A model generated the notes under the pieces. The model ran no database searches and was not told where the DNA came from. It saw only the letters and a program-made list of their open reading frames with translations. Shown in pieces: positions 34,414 through 35,862 of a stretch of 35,862 nucleotides of DNA (position 1 is its first letter; each line of letters opens with the position of its first letter). The position numbers and the translations under genes were made by a program. The DNA is taken from the IMG/VR virus record IMGVR_UViG_3300020045_003524, positions 1 to 35,862 of that record; one strand, written 5' to 3'. Source of the stretch: a virus. Its lineage: Duplodnaviria > Caudoviricetes.

Positions 34414-34887
34414 CTATTTTCCACTACTTCCCAGCTTGCCAGTTCCCCTATCGCTTTCGATTAACATTAGATCAGTAAAACTTAATTCCACAGATGCCAA
34501 ATCGTGCGACCTGTGAATAATCGCTTGGCAAATTGCTTTTTGCATTGGGTAATCACCGTTAAAATCATCAGCAAATACGAAATCTTTATCATTGTGGTTG
34601 GTGATAGCGATAAATATTTCGCCACGATAACCGCTATCTATTACACCGCAACGGATGCCAATTCCTTTGCTTCCCAGACTGCCACGTTCTTTTATTTCTA
34701 GCCAGTAATCCACTGGAAGTGCCACGAATAAACCTGTTGAAATCATGTTTGTAAAATGCGGTGGGATGATTAACTTTCCGCACTTAAAATCTCCATAAAT
34801 ATCAAAGCCTGCGTTTTCTCGTACCTTTTCAGGCATTTTAATTCCAGGATGTTTTCTTGCCCATGCTATGGTATCTTTAATTGTCAT
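34414..34887 (-). CDS. dut: Trimeric dUTPase
   Basis: AGFDI, RGSLG, GVIDSGYRGE and RGTGKLGSSG motifs. Confidence 0.95.
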   Translation of the reverse strand: MTIKDTIAWARKHPGIKMPEKVRENAGFDIYGDFKCGKLIIPPHFTNMISTGLFVALPVDYWLEIKERGSLGSKGIGIRCGVIDSGYRGEIFIAITNHNDKDFVFADDFNGDYPMQKAICQAIIHRSHDLASVELSFTDLMLIESDRGTGKLGSSGK

Positions 34888-35320
34888 GCTTTAACTCCTT
34901 CATCAGTTTAGTTTTCTTTTCTGCCAGTTGTTCAGGTGTGTTGTTTTCAATTTGGTTTGCTACTTCTTCGACGTACTTAATGCATCGTTTAAATCCGTAC
35001 CCGTGAAGCTTATTTAAAGCAACAACGGACGCATTAATATAATTCTCTGTTATATGTAGTTCTGAAGCATTTAAAGCACGTTTAAAAGTAGTTTCATTAT
35101 ACTTTTGATTACTTGCTTCAATGTCAAAGTTCAAAGCTTCTATGCACTCTTTAATTGCGTTTTTAAAAATAGGGTTGTCTAGTTCGATTTGTATTAATTT
35201 TAAAATATCAATTGCATCTTGATGTTCAGCTTGATCAAGTATATCAAGTTTGTTTTCTGAGTTTTTCTTAGTTTTAAGTTCAAGAGTTTTCGTTTTTAGT
35301 TTCTGTTCAAATAATTTCAT
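34877..35320 (-). CDS. Hypothetical protein (147 aa)
   Basis: GGAGG SD; coupled between rusA and dut. Confidence 0.75.
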   Translation of the reverse strand: MKLFEQKLKTKTLELKTKKNSENKLDILDQAEHQDAIDILKLIQIELDNPIFKNAIKECIEALNFDIEASNQKYNETTFKRALNASELHITENYINASVVALNKLHGYGFKRCIKYVEEVANQIENNTPEQLAEKKTKLMKELKHDN

Positions 35321-35699
35321 TTGTAACCTCCGTTATTTCTATTTCTGTTCTAGGGCATTCTTTGTCGTATCTTACACGACTTCCATCCATAGATACTACT
35401 ATTTTGCTGTTATCATCTTCCAGTATTCCGCACTTGACTAATGTGTCATTTATAGCGCTTAGAAGGTTGGTTAAATCGACTTTGCGTCTAGTTTGCATAT
35501 AGAATACACATTTTAAATTAATAGGCTTATTTATGGGTTCTAAGAGTTTTAAATGTTTAGTCAGATTTATGCAATCTTTTTCATACTGGCAATACTGCTT
35601 GCTAGGTAATAGGGCTGTTTTAGCCCCATACCTAACAATTCTGCTAGAGTTCTTTTTGGTTATTGGATTTAAAGGTATTATAAAGCTATATAATATCAT
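35307..35699 (-). CDS. rusA: RusA-family Holliday junction resolvase
   Basis: RRKVDLTNL..AINDTL...GILEDDN...PRTEIEI; SD GAAGGAG from the R site favours the ATG at 35699. Confidence 0.88.
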   Translation of the reverse strand: MILYSFIIPLNPITKKNSSRIVRYGAKTALLPSKQYCQYEKDCINLTKHLKLLEPINKPINLKCVFYMQTRRKVDLTNLLSAINDTLVKCGILEDDNSKIVVSMDGSRVRYDKECPRTEIEITEVTNEII

Positions 35700-35705
35700 G
35701 ATTCT

Positions 35706-35733
35706 CCTTCGTAAAATTAGACTATATCGAATC
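35706..35733 (-). other. dif-like 28-bp site, R type (module 1)
   Basis: GATTCGATATA-GTCTAA-TTTTACGAAGG; contains the TAG stop of the origin-spanning gene. Confidence 0.8.
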
Positions 35734-35862
35734 ATCAAGTTCGGTTATTTTGACTCCTGTAATCTCAGAAAGATAATTAAAACCTTCTTCTGATACATGG
35801 AAAAACCATCCTTGAGTACCATTTTGTCTACTAAGCATCAACCCTTTATCAGCTAAGTCCTC
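35722..35862 (-). CDS. 3' part of the origin-spanning 97-aa protein
   Basis: Continuation of the ORF starting at 274; TAG at 35724-35722. Confidence 0.8.
   Translation of the reverse strand, partial: EDLADKGLMLSRQNGTQGWFFHVSEEGFNYLSEITGVKITELDDSI
35742..35862. repeat. Terminal direct repeat, copy 2
   Basis: Identical to bases 1-121. Confidence 0.97.

Noticed and set aside
1-35862. Alternative genetic code
   Set aside because: Core genes are intact and densely packed under code 11, and all three stop codons are used.

Overview
This window is an apparently complete, circularly assembled phage genome of about 35.7 kb; bases 1-121 recur exactly at 35742-35862. It is AT-rich, with Firmicutes-type AGGAGG ribosome-binding sites and sigma-A promoters, so the host is probably a Clostridia-like Bacillota. 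Morphology looks podovirus-like: TerS, TerL, portal, scaffold, capsid, adaptor, nozzle-like protein and two large internal/ejection proteins, with no tape-measure, tube or sheath gene. It carries a lambdoid-style replication/recombination module (replisome organizer with internal iterons, G39P-like loader, ERF, DUF1351, SSB, RusA, dUTPase, NUMOD4-HNH), Rha, two Xis-like HTH proteins, a C5-methyltransferase-like gene, a PAPS-reductase-like gene and a split lysis cassette. I found no integrase, CI repressor or recombinase. The main finding is a family of at least eight 28-bp (11-6-11) dif/pdif-like sites arranged as four pairs. The pairs bracket a methyltransferase module, the PAPS-reductase-like gene, a 97-aa orphan gene and a tail receptor-binding module; one site of the last pair lies in-frame inside a tail gene. 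I infer a cassette-exchange system driven by a host Xer-type recombinase. All protein calls come from motif recognition and gene order, not database searches.
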